From positions 640,001 to 704,000 of the forward strand of contig CAVVEU010000008.1 of the NCBI GenBank assembly GCA_963747235.1: a stretch of DNA of 64,000 nucleotides, given 5' to 3'. This document shows, piece by piece, positions 1 through 11,857 of this stretch. The notes under the pieces are model-generated. The model was not told where the DNA came from and did not search any database. It saw only the letters and a program-made list of their open reading frames with translations. The position numbers and the translations under genes are program-made. How positions within the stretch are numbered: the stretch's first letter is position 1; the number at the start of each line of letters is the position of its first letter. This DNA is from an uncultured Candidatus Rokubacteria bacterium. Its GTDB lineage: Bacteria > Methylomirabilota > Methylomirabilia > Rokubacteriales > CSP1-6.

Positions 1-2343
1 TTCCTCCGCGACCACGTCGAGGCCGACCCCGCTGATCCGGGAGGCGGTCCAGGTGAAGTACCGGTCCACCAGCTTCTTGCCCAGCCCGATCGCCTCGAAG
101 ATCTGCGCGCCGCGGTAGGAGTGGATGGTGGAGATCCCCATCTTGGAGATGACCTTGAGCACGCCCTTGTTCAGCGCCTTGATGTAGTTCTTGACCGCGG
201 TCTTGTGATCGAGGCCGGGCAGCAGGCCCTGGCGGATCATGTCGTCGAGGCTCTCGAACGCGAGATAGGGATTGATCGCGCCCGCCCCGTAGCCCAGCAG
301 CAGGGCCATGTGATGCACCTCGCGGGCCTCGCCGGTCTCGATGACGAAGCCCACCTTGCAGCGGGTGCCCTCGCGGATGAGGTGATGATGCACGCCCGCG
401 GTGGCCAGCAGGGCGGGGATCGGCGCGTGGGTCGCGTCCACCCCGCGGTCGGACAGGATCAGGAAGGTGTTGCCGTCGGCGACCGCGCGGGTCACCTGCG
501 CGCACAGGTCGTCCATGGCCCGCTCGAGGCCCGCGCCGCCGTCCGCCACCGGGAAGAGCATGGACACGGTGGCGGCCTTGAAGCCGGGCTGGTCCACGTG
601 GCGGATCCGCGCCAGCTCGTCGTTGTTCAGGATCGGGGTCTTGAGCTTGATCTGGCGGGCCGCCTCGGGGACCGGCTCGAGCAGGTTGCCCTCCGGCCCG
701 ATGCTCGTCGCGATCTGGGTGACGAGCTCCTCGCGAATGCCGTCGAGCGGCGGGTTCGTCACCTGGGCGAAGAGCTGCTTGAAGTAGTCGTAGAGCAGGC
801 GCGGCCGCTCCGAGAGCACGGCCAGCGACGTGTCGGTGCCCATCGAGCCCACCGGCTCCTCGCCGCCGGTGGCCATGGGGCCCAGCAGCAGGCGCAGGTC
901 CTCGTGGGTGTAGCCGAAGACCTGCTGCCGCTCCAGCACCGTCTCGTGATCCGGCTCCGGCACGTGCGGCGGCTCGGGCAGGCTCTCGACCGGCGTGAGA
1001 TACGCCCGGACCCACTCCCCGTAGGGATGCTGGGCCGCGTAGGTGTGCTTGAGCTCCGCGTCGTCGATGATCCGGCCCTGGGCGGTGTCCACCAGGAAGA
1101 TCCGCCCGGGGTGCAGGCGCTCCTTCAGGAGCACGCGCTCCGGCGGGATGTCGAGCACGCCGACCTCGGAGGCCATCACCACCATGCCGTCCTTGGTGAC
1201 GTAGTAGCGCGACGGGCGCAGGCCGTTGCGGTCGAGCACCGCGCCGATCACGGTGCCGTCGGTGAAGGCGATGGAGGCCGGCCCGTCCCACGGCTCCATC
1301 AGGCAGCCGTGGTACTCGTAGAAGGCCTTCGTCTCCTCGCTCATGGACTCGTGCCCGCTCCAGGCCTCCGGGATCATCATGAGCACGGCCAGCGGCAGCG
1401 GCCGGCCCGCCATCACCAGGAACTCGAGCACGTTGTCGAAGACCGCCGAGTCGCTGCCGCCCTCGACCACGATCGGCACGATCTTCTTGAGGTCGTCCCC
1501 CAGCAGCGCGGAGTGGCAGAGCGACTCGCGCGCCCGCATCCAGTTGATGTTGCCCCGCAGCGTGTTGATCTCGCCGTTGTGGGCCACGAACCGGTAGGGG
1601 TGCGCGAGCGGCCAGGACGGGAACGTGTTGGTGGAGAACCGCTGGTGCACGAGGGCCAGCGCCGACTCCACGAGGGGATCCATGACGTCGGGGAACATGC
1701 CCTCGATCTGGTCGGCCGAGAGCATGCCCTTGTAGACGAGGGTGTTGGCGGAGAGGCTCGGCAGGTAGAAGTACTTCCGCTCGCCGATCTCGCTGTTCCG
1801 CACCGCGTGCTCCGCCCGCTTGCGGATGATGTAGAGCTTGCGCTCGAACGCGGCCCGGTCGGGCACCGCGGGCCCGCGGCCGATGAACACCTGCTCGATC
1901 GCCGGCTCCACCGAGCGGGCGGTGGGCCCGATCGGGGAGGAGTCGGTGGGGACGGGCCGCCAGCCGAGGACCACCTGGCCCTCGTCGGCCACCAGCCGCT
2001 CGAGGATGGCCCGGCACGCCTCGCGATCGGCGGCGGCGCGGGGCAGGAAGACCAGGCCGGCCCCGTAGCGGCCCAGCGCGGGCAGGGCGATGCCGAGCCG
2101 GGCGCACTCGCGCTCCAGGAACTGGTGCGGCATCTGGATGAGGATGCCCGCGCCGTCGCCGGTGTTCACCTCGCAGCCACAGGCGCCGCGGTGCAGGAGG
2201 TTCTTCAGCACCGTGAGGGCCTGGCTCACGATCGCGTGGGACTTGCGCCCCTTGATGTCCACCACGAAGCCGACGCCGCAGGCGTCGTGCTCGTGGGCCG
2301 GATCGTAGAGGCCCTGCGCCGGGGGCAGTCCCGGGTCCGTCAT
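1..2343 (-). CDS. gltB: Glutamate synthase large subunit, N-terminal part (runs off window start)
   Basis: Reverse translation [32 protein letters not shown] (CGVGF Ntn-amidotransferase start), plus [12 protein letters not shown] and HNGEINT motifs. Alternative in-frame ATGs up to 2373. Confidence 0.95.
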   Translation of the reverse strand, partial: MTDPGLPPAQGLYDPAHEHDACGVGFVVDIKGRKSHAIVSQALTVLKNLLHRGACGCEVNTGDGAGILIQMPHQFLERECARLGIALPALGRYGAGLVFLPRAAADREACRAILERLVADEGQVVLGWRPVPTDSSPIGPTARSVEPAIEQVFIGRGPAVPDRAAFERKLYIIRKRAEHAVRNSEIGERKYFYLPSLSANTLVYKGMLSADQIEGMFPDVMDPLVESALALVHQRFSTNTFPSWPLAHPYRFVAHNGEINTLRGNINWMRARESLCHSALLGDDLKKIVPIVVEGGSDSAVFDNVLEFLVMAGRPLPLAVLMMIPEAWSGHESMSEETKAFYEYHGCLMEPWDGPASIAFTDGTVIGAVLDRNGLRPSRYYVTKDGMVVMASEVGVLDIPPERVLLKERLHPGRIFLVDTAQGRIIDDAELKHTYAAQHPYGEWVRAYLTPVESLPEPPHVPEPDHETVLERQQVFGYTHEDLRLLLGPMATGGEEPVGSMGTDTSLAVLSERPRLLYDYFKQLFAQVTNPPLDGIREELVTQIATSIGPEGNLLEPVPEAARQIKLKTPILNNDELARIRHVDQPGFKAATVSMLFPVADGGAGLERAMDDLCAQVTRAVADGNTFLILSDRGVDATHAPIPALLATAGVHHHLIREGTRCKVGFVIETGEAREVHHMALLLGYGAGAINPYLAFESLDDMIRQGLLPGLDHKTAVKNYIKALNKGVLKVISKMGISTIHSYRGAQIFEAIGLGKKLVDRYFTWTASRISGVGLDVVAEE

Positions 2344-2518
2344 CGCCGACATCCCCGACATCCCCCCTGACATCCGATGGTCGTCCGTCACGTCTTCTCT
2401 CTCCACCCCGCGTCCTCGCCGGGGCCCCGAGCGGTGAGTGCTGCGCCGCGGCCAAACTTGTCCCGTGAGACTACACGGAAGCGGATCATTAGCCAAGCGC
2501 GAAGTGAAAAAACACGGC

Positions 2519-2533
2519 ATTAGCGCTGCTAAT
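2519..2533. promoter_or_regulatory. Putative LysR binding site (T-N11-A dyad)
   Basis: ATTAGC-GCT-GCTAAT inverted repeat between divergent gltB and LysR. Confidence 0.6.
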
Positions 2534-2551
2534 AGTGGTAAATTGCCGGCC

Positions 2552-3445
2552 GTGAACCTCGAGACGCTCAAGCTCTACTGCGACGTGGTCCGCCTCCGCA
2601 GCTTCTCGCGCGGGGCGGCCACCAACGCGGTCTCCCAGTCCGCGGCGAGCCAGGCGATCCAGCAGCTCGAGGCCGAGCTCGACGCGGCGCTGCTCGACCG
2701 CTCGCGGCGCCCGCTGCTGCCCACCGAGCAGGGCCAGGCCTTCTACGATGCCTGCCGCGCCCTCCTGCAGGGCTTCGAGAAGGCGCGCGCCGACCTCGCG
2801 GCCGCGCGCGAGCGGGTGGAGGGCACGGTCCGGGTCGCCGCGATCTACTCGGTCGGCCTGCACGACATGAGCCGCCACATGCAGCCCTTCATGTCGGACT
2901 ACCCGCAGGCGCGGGTGCTGCTCGAATGCCTGCATCCCCACAAGGTGGTGGAGGCGGTGCTCAACGACGAGGCCGACCTCGGCATCCTGTCGTACCCCGC
3001 GGCCACCCGCGCGCTGACCGTGCTGCCCCTGCGCGACGAGCCCATGGTCCTGGTCGCGCACCCGGCGCATCGCCTGGCCCGCCGCCGCTCGGTGACCCCG
3101 GGCGACCTGCAGGGCGAGAAGTTCGTGGCCTTCGATCGCGACCTGGCGGTGCGCAAGGCGATCGACCGCGCGCTCAAGCAGCACGACGTCAAGGTCGAGG
3201 TGGTGATGGAGTTCGACAACGTGGAGACGATCAAGCAGGCGATCGGGATCAACGCGGGCATCAGCATCCTGCCGCGCCCCACCGTGCTCAACGAATCCGG
3301 GATGCGCACGCTGGCGGTCACCCCGCTCGCGCTGCCCGGGCTGGTGCGGCCGGTCGGGATCATCCACCGTCGCGGCCGGCGGCTCACGCCGGTGGTGGCG
3401 CGCTTCATCGCGCAGCTCCAGAAGCCCGTCGACCCGGCCTCGTGA
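2552..3445 (+). CDS. LysR family regulator divergent from gltB (GltC/CysL-like)
   Basis: N-terminal HTH ([24 protein letters not shown]) plus LysR substrate-binding domain. GTG start at 2552. Confidence 0.9.
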   Translation: MNLETLKLYCDVVRLRSFSRGAATNAVSQSAASQAIQQLEAELDAALLDRSRRPLLPTEQGQAFYDACRALLQGFEKARADLAAARERVEGTVRVAAIYSVGLHDMSRHMQPFMSDYPQARVLLECLHPHKVVEAVLNDEADLGILSYPAATRALTVLPLRDEPMVLVAHPAHRLARRRSVTPGDLQGEKFVAFDRDLAVRKAIDRALKQHDVKVEVVMEFDNVETIKQAIGINAGISILPRPTVLNESGMRTLAVTPLALPGLVRPVGIIHRRGRRLTPVVARFIAQLQKPVDPAS

Positions 3446-3489
3446 TACCCCAGCCTCGTGATAACGTAGTCCCCGAAAGGAGCCGTCGC

Positions 3490-4620
3490 ATGAGCGATGC
3501 CCCCGCGTCCCTGATCATCGCGGCCAGCGAGGCCGACTCGAACCTCTACTACGCGTGCCGCTTCCTGGCGCCGGATTCCTTCGTCTTCCTCCAGGTGGAC
3601 GGGCGGAAGATCCTGCTCATGTCCGACCTCGAGGTGGATCGGGCCCGATCCCAGGCGAGCGTGGACGAGGTGCTCTCGCTCTCCGAATGGGACGCCAAGG
3701 CGCGCCAGCGGTGGTCTTCGCCCAAGCTCACCGACATCGTGAGCCTGCTGCTCGAGGACTACGGGGCCAAGGCGGTCGAGGTCCCCGGCGACTTCCCGCT
3801 CGAGCTGGCCGACCGGCTGCGCGAGCGGGGCATCACCGTGACGCCGCGACCGAGCCCGTTCCTGCCCGAGCGGGTGGTGAAGACCTCGGAGGAAGTGGCG
3901 GCCATCGAGGAGGCCCAGCGGCACACCGAGACCGCGCTGGAAGCGGCGCTCCAGATGCTGCGCGAGAGCGTCATCAAGGGCGACCAGGTGCTCTACAAGG
4001 GTCGGCCGCTCACGTCCGAGGATCTCAAGAAGACGGTCAACGTCTCCCTGATGGAGAACGACTGCATCGCGGAGCACACGATCATCGCCTGCGGCGACCA
4101 GGGCGTGGATCCCCACAACCAGGGCACCGGGGCCATCCGGCCCAACCAGGGGATCATCTTCGACATCTTCCCCCGTTCCTCCAGGTCCCGCTACTACGCC
4201 GACATGACCCGGACGGTCGTCAAGGGCAAGGCGTCGGACGAGCTGCGCCGTCTGTACGACGCGGTGCTGGCCAGCCAGATGCGCGGGATCGAGCTGATCC
4301 GCGACGGGGCCTCGGGCGGCGCGATCCACACCGAGGTCAACCGGACGCTCGAGAGCCGGGGCTACATGACCGGGGTGGTCAATGGCCGGAACCAGGGATT
4401 CTTCCACGGGACGGGCCACGGCGTGGGCCTCGACATCCACGAGCTGCCGCGGATCAGCCGGCTGGACTACGAGCTCAAGACCGGGCACGTGGTGACGGTG
4501 GAGCCGGGGCTGTACTACCCCGGGAAGGGGGCCGTCCGGATCGAGGACATGGTCCTGGTCGAGCCCGGAGGCTGCCGGAATCTCACCCGGTCCCCCAAGA
4601 TGGAGCTGCTCGAGCTCTAG
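3490..4620 (+). CDS. Xaa-Pro aminopeptidase (M24 family)
   Basis: YYADMTRT, HGTGHGVGLDIHE, TVEPGLY and VRIED motifs. Confidence 0.9.
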   Translation: MSDAPASLIIAASEADSNLYYACRFLAPDSFVFLQVDGRKILLMSDLEVDRARSQASVDEVLSLSEWDAKARQRWSSPKLTDIVSLLLEDYGAKAVEVPGDFPLELADRLRERGITVTPRPSPFLPERVVKTSEEVAAIEEAQRHTETALEAALQMLRESVIKGDQVLYKGRPLTSEDLKKTVNVSLMENDCIAEHTIIACGDQGVDPHNQGTGAIRPNQGIIFDIFPRSSRSRYYADMTRTVVKGKASDELRRLYDAVLASQMRGIELIRDGASGGAIHTEVNRTLESRGYMTGVVNGRNQGFFHGTGHGVGLDIHELPRISRLDYELKTGHVVTVEPGLYYPGKGAVRIEDMVLVEPGGCRNLTRSPKMELLEL

Positions 4621-4676
4621 GTCCCCAGGGACGGGCCTCGGGCGCCACTGGTCTGGCGGTCCGACCGAAGTCAACC

Positions 4677-4705
4677 TTGCTTCTATTCAGACGTTTGGGT
4701 AGCAT
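4677..4705 (+). promoter_or_regulatory. Sigma70-like promoter of korAB
   Basis: TTGCTT-17bp-TAGCAT. Confidence 0.55.
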
Positions 4706-4822
4706 GACCTAGGAGTGTCACGCGTCTGATCGTTGTTCCCAAGACTTAGGGTGACCAGAGCCACTCCGCCTGGAATCTGCCGTTGAAAGGGGCACGCCCC
4801 TGGACGGAAAGGATATGGACCG

Positions 4823-6694
4823 ATGAGTGACAGCGTGACCACGACCCCGGCGGCGCAGAAACCCCGCCGCACCCTGACCCGCGCGGTGATTCGCTTCGCG
4901 GGGGACTCGGGTGACGGCATGCAGGTGACGGGGGAGCAGTTCACGACCGAGGCGGCCTGGGCCGGCAACGACATCTCGACGCTGCCCAATTTCCCGGCCG
5001 AGATCCGCGCCCCCGCCGGCACCCTCTTCGGGGTGTCGAGCTTCCAGCTCCAGTTCGGCAGCCAGCGCGTCTACACGCCGGGGGATCAGCTCGACGCCCT
5101 GGTGGTGATGAACCCGGCCGCCTTCAAGGTGCACCTGGCCGATCTCAAGCCGGGCGGCATCCTGATCGTGAATCCCTCCGCGTTCGACAAGCGGAACCTC
5201 GACAAGGCCGGCTACGCCGCCAACCCTCTCGAAGACCCGAACCTGGGCGAGAAGTACCGCCTGCACCAGGTCGACATGGAGGGCCTCACCAAGAAGGCGC
5301 TCGAGGACATGCCGCTGAACGCCAAGGAGAAGGACCGCTGCAAGAACTTCTTCGCGCTCGGCCTCGTGTCGTGGGTGTACACGCGCCCGCTCGACCCGAC
5401 CCTGGACGCGATCAAGAAGCGGTTCGCCAAGCGGCCCGAGTTCGTGGAGGCCAACATCCGCGCGCTCAAGGCCGGCCACGCCTTCGGCGAGACGGCGGAG
5501 ATGTTCGCCGAGCACTACGGCGTCGAGGCGGCCGAGATGCCGCCCGGGACCTATCGCAGCATGACCGGCAATCGCGCGCTCGCGTGGGGGCTGCTCGCCG
5601 CCGCGGAGCGCACCAAGATCCCGGTGGTGTTCGGCGCCTATCCGATCACGCCCGCGAGCGACATCCTGCACGAGCTGGCGCTGCACAAGCGCTTCCGCGT
5701 GCGCACCTTCCAGGCCGAGGACGAGATCGCGGCGGCCACCGCGGCGATCGGCGCCTCCTTCGGCGGCTGCATCGGGGTCACCGCCTCGAGCGGCCCGGGC
5801 ATCGCGCTGAAGGGCGAGGCCATCGGGCTCGCGGTCACCGCGGAGCTCCCGCTGGTGATCTTCAACATCCAGCGCGGCGGGCCCAGCACCGGCCTGCCCA
5901 CCAAGACCGAGCAGGCCGACCTGATGCAGGCCCTCTACGGACGCAACAGCGAGTCGCCGGTCGTGGTGATCGCTCCGTCCACGCCGGGGGACTGCTTCTA
6001 CATGGCCTACGAGGCGGTGCGGCTGGCCATCAAGTACATGGTGCCGGTCATGGTGCTCTCGGACGGCTATCTGGCCAACGGCTCGGAGCCGTGGCTGATC
6101 CCGGATGTCAAGACGCTGCCCGACATTCCGGTCAGCTTCCGCACCGAGAAGGAAGGGTTCTTCCCCTACATGCGCGACGCGGCCACGCTCGCGCGGCCCT
6201 GGGTGCGCCCGGGGACGCCGGGGCTCGAGCACCGCATCGGCGGCCTCGAGAAGCAGGACGTGACCGGCAACATCTCGTACGAGCCGGACAACCACGACCA
6301 CATGGTGCGCACGCGCGCGGAGAAGGTGCGGCGCGTGGCCCAGGAGATCCCGCCGACCACGATCAACGGGCTCCCCGAGGGCGACGTGCTGGTGGTCGGC
6401 TGGGGCGGGACGTACGGCGCCATCACCGCCGCGGTGGAGGAGGCGCAGGCCGAGGGCAAGTCGGTGGCCGCGGTGCACCTGCGCTATCTGAATCCGCTGC
6501 CGCCCGACCTCGGGCACATCCTGCGGCAGTACCGCCGGGTGCTGGTGCCGGAGATCAACAGCGGGCAGCTCGTCCGGATCCTCCGGGCGGAGTACCTCGT
6601 GGACGCGGTGGGCTTCAACCGCGTGCGCGGCCTGCCGCTCGCGAGCCAGGAAATCTACGAAGCCATCGACCAACTGCTGGAGGCCAAGCGGTGA
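4823..6694 (+). CDS. korA: 2-oxoacid:ferredoxin oxidoreductase alpha subunit
   Basis: IRFAGDSGDGMQ, YPITPAS, QAEDEIA and QRGGPSTG motifs. Confidence 0.92.
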   Translation: MSDSVTTTPAAQKPRRTLTRAVIRFAGDSGDGMQVTGEQFTTEAAWAGNDISTLPNFPAEIRAPAGTLFGVSSFQLQFGSQRVYTPGDQLDALVVMNPAAFKVHLADLKPGGILIVNPSAFDKRNLDKAGYAANPLEDPNLGEKYRLHQVDMEGLTKKALEDMPLNAKEKDRCKNFFALGLVSWVYTRPLDPTLDAIKKRFAKRPEFVEANIRALKAGHAFGETAEMFAEHYGVEAAEMPPGTYRSMTGNRALAWGLLAAAERTKIPVVFGAYPITPASDILHELALHKRFRVRTFQAEDEIAAATAAIGASFGGCIGVTASSGPGIALKGEAIGLAVTAELPLVIFNIQRGGPSTGLPTKTEQADLMQALYGRNSESPVVVIAPSTPGDCFYMAYEAVRLAIKYMVPVMVLSDGYLANGSEPWLIPDVKTLPDIPVSFRTEKEGFFPYMRDAATLARPWVRPGTPGLEHRIGGLEKQDVTGNISYEPDNHDHMVRTRAEKVRRVAQEIPPTTINGLPEGDVLVVGWGGTYGAITAAVEEAQAEGKSVAAVHLRYLNPLPPDLGHILRQYRRVLVPEINSGQLVRILRAEYLVDAVGFNRVRGLPLASQEIYEAIDQLLEAKR

Positions 6695-7722
6695 GCTCTG
6701 TCACGGGAGTGCCCGGCGCGACCCCGAAGTACACCAAGAAGGATTTCGAATCCGACCAGGACGTGCGGTGGTGCCCCGGCTGCGGGGACTACGCGATCCT
6801 GAGCGCGGTGCAGAAGATGATGCCCGACCTGGGCATCCCCAGGGAAGACATCGTGTTCATCTCCGGGATCGGCTGCTCGAGCCGGTTCCCGTACTACATG
6901 AACACGTACGGCTTCCACACCATCCACGGCCGGGCGCCCGCGGTCGCCACCGGGCTCAAGCTGGCGCGGCCGGAGCTGAAGATCTTCGTCGTCACGGGTG
7001 ACGGCGACGGGCTCAGCATCGGCGGCAACCACCTGCTGCACGTGCTGCGGCGCAACGTGGACCTGACGATCCTGCTCTTCAACAACAAGATCTACGGCCT
7101 CACCAAGGGCCAGTACTCGCCGACCAGCGAGCTGGGCAAGGTGACCAAGTCCACGCCGATCGGCTCGGCGGACCGGCCGCTCAGCCCGTGCGCGTTCGCG
7201 CTGGCCGCGGGGGCCACCTTCGTGGCCCGGACGGTGGACCGCAACATCGCCCACATGGAGGAGACGCTCAAGCGCGCCTCCGCCCACAAGGGCGCCGCGT
7301 TCGTCGAGATCCTCCAGAACTGCAACGTGTACAACGACATGGCCTGGGGCGTGCTCTACGACCGCGAGTCGAAGGTGATGCACGAGCTGCGCCTGCAGCA
7401 CGGCAAGCCGCTGGTCTTCGGGCCGCTCGACGACCGCCGCGGGCTCGTGCTCGAGGGCGTCAAGCCGAAGGTGGTCAAGGTCAAGGACGTCCCGGAGAGC
7501 TCGCTGTGGGTGCACGACGAGACCGACGGCGGCACCGCGCTGGTGCTGGCGCAGCTCGCTTCCCCCGACTACCCGATCCCGATCGGGGTGCTCGCCAGCC
7601 GGCCGGGCGACACCACCTACGAGGAGATCCTGATCCAGCAGGAGCAGAAGGCGGTATCCGAGCGGGGCCCCGGCGACATCGCCAAGCTACTCATGTCGGG
7701 CGACACCTGGAAGATCGGCTGA
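6691..7722 (+). CDS. korB: 2-oxoacid:ferredoxin oxidoreductase beta subunit
   Basis: WCPGCGD, GIGCSSR and the GDGDG TPP-binding motif. GTGA overlap with korA. Confidence 0.92.
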   Translation: MSSVTGVPGATPKYTKKDFESDQDVRWCPGCGDYAILSAVQKMMPDLGIPREDIVFISGIGCSSRFPYYMNTYGFHTIHGRAPAVATGLKLARPELKIFVVTGDGDGLSIGGNHLLHVLRRNVDLTILLFNNKIYGLTKGQYSPTSELGKVTKSTPIGSADRPLSPCAFALAAGATFVARTVDRNIAHMEETLKRASAHKGAAFVEILQNCNVYNDMAWGVLYDRESKVMHELRLQHGKPLVFGPLDDRRGLVLEGVKPKVVKVKDVPESSLWVHDETDGGTALVLAQLASPDYPIPIGVLASRPGDTTYEEILIQQEQKAVSERGPGDIAKLLMSGDTWKIG

Positions 7723-7815
7723 CCTCAGGCCTCTCAGGAGGCCTCGTGACCCTACGCAGATCGCCGGCCCTCCTCCGGGGGGCCGGTGGTATTTTGTCAG
7801 CCTGAGACGCCCCCC

Positions 7816-9261
7816 ATGGCCCTGACTCCCCAGCTCCTCCGCGCGCTCCAGGACATCGTCGGCCCCGCCGGCCTCGTGATCTCCGCGGAGGGGCGGCTCA
7901 CCTACGAGTGCGACATGCACACGTTCTACAAGGGCACCCCCGACGCGGTGGTGCTCCCCGAGTCGGCGACGCAGGTGGCGGCCATCGTCCGCCTCTGCCG
8001 CCGGGAGCACGTGCCGATCGTGCCGCGCGGCTCGGGCACCGGCCTCATCGGCGGCGCGATGGCGCCGGAGGGCGGGGTCATGGTCTCGATGACCCGCATG
8101 AATCGCATCGTCGAGCTGGACTTCGCGAACCGCTGCGCCACCGTGCAGCCCGGCCTCATCAACCTGTGGCTGAGCCAGGCCACCCGCGAGCGGGGCTATT
8201 TCTTCGCGCCCGATCCCTCGAGCCAGATGGTGTCCTCGATCGGCGGGAACGCCTCGACCAACGCGGGCGGCCCGCACTGCCTCAAGTACGGGATCACCGT
8301 GAATCACGTCCTCGGGCTCGAGGTGGTCACCGGCGCCGGCGAGCTGGTCCAGCTCGGTGGCAAGACCCACGAGCGGCCGGGCTACGACCTCACCGGGGTC
8401 ATGGTGGGCGCCGAGGGCACGCTGGGCCTGGTGACCGGGGTGATCGTGCGTCTCACGCATCTGCCGGAAGGGGTGAAGACGATCCTGGCGTCCTTTCCCA
8501 CCATCGAGGACGCCTCGGAGGCGGTCTCCGCGATCATCCGGGCCGGCATCATCCCGGCCGCGCTCGAGATGCTCGACGAGGTCGTCATCCGCGCGATCGA
8601 GGAAGGCGTGGGCGCCGGCTATCCCAAGGGCGCGGGCGCGGTGCTGCTGATCGAGCTGGACGGCCCCACCGCGGAGATCGAGGCCCAGTCCGGCCCGATC
8701 GAGGCGATCTGCCGCGATCATCTGGCGCTCGAGATCCGCGTGGCCCAGAGCGAGGCGGAGCGGGCCCTGCTCTGGAAGGGACGCAAGGAGGCGGCGGGCG
8801 TCTTCGGGCGGCTCACGCCCAACTGGCTGCTCCAGGACGCGGTGGTGCCGCGCTCGAAGCTGCCCCAGATCATGAAGGAGGTCGCGGCCATCGGGGCGCG
8901 GCATCGCCTCGTCATCGCCAACGTGTTCCACGCGGGCGACGGCAACCTCCACCCGCTGATCTGCTACGACGACCGCGTGCCCGGCGAGCTCGAGCGCGCC
9001 AAGCAGGCGAACGAGGAGCTGCTGGGCGCCTGCCTGCGCCTGGGCGGCAGCGTGACCGGCGAGCACGGGGTGGGGCTCGACAAGCGGGCGAGCCTGCCGA
9101 TGCAGTTCGCGGACGCGGATCTCAACTTCATGGCGCGGCTGCGGCGCGTGTTCGATCCCGACTCCATCATGAATCCCGGCAAGCTGCTGCCCTCGCATCC
9201 CGCCTGCGGCGAGGGCTTCCGGCCCGCCGCGCGCCCGCTGCCCGCCGGCACCTGGATCTGA
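7816..9261 (+). CDS. glcD: Glycolate oxidase FAD subunit GlcD-like
   Basis: PRGSGTG, APDPSSQ, HAGDGNLHP and GEHGVG motifs. Confidence 0.88.
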   Translation: MALTPQLLRALQDIVGPAGLVISAEGRLTYECDMHTFYKGTPDAVVLPESATQVAAIVRLCRREHVPIVPRGSGTGLIGGAMAPEGGVMVSMTRMNRIVELDFANRCATVQPGLINLWLSQATRERGYFFAPDPSSQMVSSIGGNASTNAGGPHCLKYGITVNHVLGLEVVTGAGELVQLGGKTHERPGYDLTGVMVGAEGTLGLVTGVIVRLTHLPEGVKTILASFPTIEDASEAVSAIIRAGIIPAALEMLDEVVIRAIEEGVGAGYPKGAGAVLLIELDGPTAEIEAQSGPIEAICRDHLALEIRVAQSEAERALLWKGRKEAAGVFGRLTPNWLLQDAVVPRSKLPQIMKEVAAIGARHRLVIANVFHAGDGNLHPLICYDDRVPGELERAKQANEELLGACLRLGGSVTGEHGVGLDKRASLPMQFADADLNFMARLRRVFDPDSIMNPGKLLPSHPACGEGFRPAARPLPAGTWI

Positions 9262-9263
9262 GC

Positions 9264-10575
9264 GTGGCCGTCTCCACGGTGGCGGTGCACGAGGCGCTGG
9301 CCGACATCGCCGGGCGCGAGCACTGCCTGCGCGAGGCGCCCGAGCTGGCCCGCCACGCCATCGACGGGATGATCCCCTCGCTGGTGGTGCGCCCCGCGAG
9401 CGCCGACGAGGTGAGTCGCGTCGTCACGCTCTGCGCGGCGGAGCGCCTGGCGATGGCGCCGCGCGGGGCAGGCACGAGCATGGGGCTCGGCAATCCGCCG
9501 CGCCGGCTCGACGTGGTGCTCGATCTCGGCCGGATGCGCGCGGTGCGCGAGTACGTGCCGGAGGACATGGTGGCGACGGTGGAGGCGGGCGCGACGCTCG
9601 CCCAGCTCGCGGCCCACTTCGCCCCGCACCGCCAGGCGCTGACGCTCGACCCGCCCGGCGGCGGCGCGCGCAGCGTGGGCGGCGTGCTGGCCACGCACGC
9701 CAGCGGGCCGCTCCGCTTCCGCTACGGCACCGGGCGCGATCTCCTGCTGGGCGCGCGCTTCGTGCAGGCGGACGGCACGCTCACCTGGGGCGGCGCCAAG
9801 GTCGTCAAGTCGGTGACGGGCTACGACGTACCGAAGCTCCTGGTCGGCTCGCTCGGCACCCTCGGCGTGCTCGTCGAGGCGACGCTGCGCCTGCACCCGA
9901 TGCCGCCCGCCTCGCGCTCGTGGCGGCTCGGCTTTCCCTCGCGGGAGGCCGCCGCCGCGTTCCTGGCCGCCCTGCTCGATTCGCCGCTCCAGCCCGATCG
10001 GGCCGCGCTGCTCGACGGCGCGGCCCTGCGCCGGGCCGGGCTGGCGGTCGATGCGATCGGGCTGCTCCTCTCGATCAGCAGCGCGGCGGAGGCGGTGGAG
10101 CACCAGGGCCAGTCCCTGGTCAGGCTCGCGCGCGAGCACGGAGGCCGCGGCGACGAGGTGCCCGACACGGTGTGGGGCGGCCTTGGCGCGGTGGTGGACG
10201 GGGCCCTCCTGCTGCGCGCGATCGGTGAGCCCCGGCGCCTGCTGGACTGGGTCGGGGAGGCGCACGAGGCGGCCGCCCGCGCCGGCGTCGAGGTGATGCT
10301 GCTCGCGCAGCCCGGCCATGGCGTGCTGCAGCTCTCCATCCGGGGCGGCTTCGACGCGGGCCGCGTCGTGGGTGATCTGGTGCAGCCACTGCGGCGCGCG
10401 CTCGAGGGGGAAGGCGGGCAGCCTGATCGTCGAGCGGGGGCCGATCGAGCTTAAGAGTCAGTGTGATGCGTGGGGTACTATCAATCCGGAAATATTGGCT
10501 ATCATGACCCGGATAAAATCCGAGTTCGATCCCGCGGGCCTGCTCAATCCCGGCCGCTTCGTGGGAGGCCTGTGA
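9264..10575 (+). CDS. glcE: Glycolate oxidase FAD-binding subunit GlcE-like (frame break near 10415)
   Basis: GGAKVVKSVTGYDVPKLLVGSLGTLG. The C-terminal FDPAGLLNPGRF lies in the next frame. Confidence 0.82.
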
Positions 10576-11857
10576 GCCAGACGCAGCCGGTCGGCTCCGG
10601 GCTCGGGGCCTTCGACGCCCAGGATCCGCCGTCCATGGATGGCCTTCGCGCCTGCGTGCACTGCGGGATCTGCCTGCCGCAGTGCCCGACCTACCGGGTT
10701 CTCGGCGAGGAGATGGACTCGCCGCGGGGTCGGGTCTATCTCATGCGTGCCGCCGCCGAGGACCGGATCGGGCTCACGCCCACCATGGCGCGCCACCTCG
10801 ATCTCTGTCTCGGCTGTCGGGCCTGCGAGACCGCCTGCCCCTCCGGCGTGCCATTCGGCCAGCTTCTCGAGGCCACGCGGGGGCAGTTCGAGCGCCGCGG
10901 CGTCACGGCGCCCACGCGCGACAGCGCGACGCTGCGGTTCATCCTCGGGACGTTCCCGCATCCCGGGCGGCTCGGGCCCATCCTCCACGTGCTCCGCATG
11001 TACCAGCGGACCGGCCTGCAGGCGGTGGTGCGCGGCCTCGGTCTGCTGGCCCCCTTCAAGAAGCTGTGGGCGATGGAAGCGCTGCTCCCGCGGGTGCCGC
11101 GCCCCGGCGCGCCGCTTCCGGAGTTGATCCCGGCACGTGCCCCTCGCCGCGGACGTGCCGGCCTGCTGCTCGGCTGCGCGCAGCGCTTCTTCTATCCCGA
11201 CGTCAACGCCGACACCGCGCGGCTCCTCTCGGCGGCCGGGTATGACGTCGTGATCCCGCGCGCCCAGGCATGCTGCGGGGCCCTGCACCTGCACGCCGGC
11301 CGCATCGACGAGTTCCGCGCGATGGCCCGGCGCATGATGCCGGCCTTCGCCGACGTGGACGTCGTGGTGGTGAACGCGGCGGGCTGCGGCTCGGCGCTCA
11401 AGGAATACGGCCACTGGCTGCCGGACGACACGGCCCGGCGGTTTTGCCGAGCGCGTGCAGGATGTTTCCGAGGTGCTGGCCGGGTGCGAGTCTGCCGCTG
11501 CGCGCCCTGCCGCAGACCGTGACCTACCACGACGCCTGCCATCTGGTGCATGGCCAGAAGGTCCGCGCGCAGCCGCGCGAGCTGCTGCGTCGCATCCCCG
11601 GCCTCACCCTCGTGGACCTGACCGACTCCGAGCTCTGCTGCGGGAGCGCGGGGGTCTACAATCTGCTCGAGCCCGAGATGGCCGGTGAGCTGGGCCGCCG
11701 TAAGGCGGCGCGCATCCGCGAGACCGGCGCCCGGGTGGTCACGGCGGGCAATCCCGGCTGCCTGATGCAGATCCACCAGCACTGCCGGGAGGCGGGGCTG
11801 GACGTCGAGGTCGTGCACCCGGTCACGCTCCTGGCCCGGGCGCTGGAGGAGCGATGA
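10572..11857 (+). CDS. glcF: Glycolate oxidase Fe-S subunit GlcF-like (frame breaks near 11445-11495)
   Basis: CVHCGICLPQCP, CLGCRACETACP, CCG domains, YHDACHL and CCGSAG. Confidence 0.85.

Noticed and set aside
121-2370. 749-aa + strand ORF and many other long antisense or alternate-frame ORFs (e.g. 4718-6673, 47296-50979, most of 45578-50188)
   Set aside because: Shadow ORFs expected at this GC content. Recognisable proteins occupy another frame or strand.
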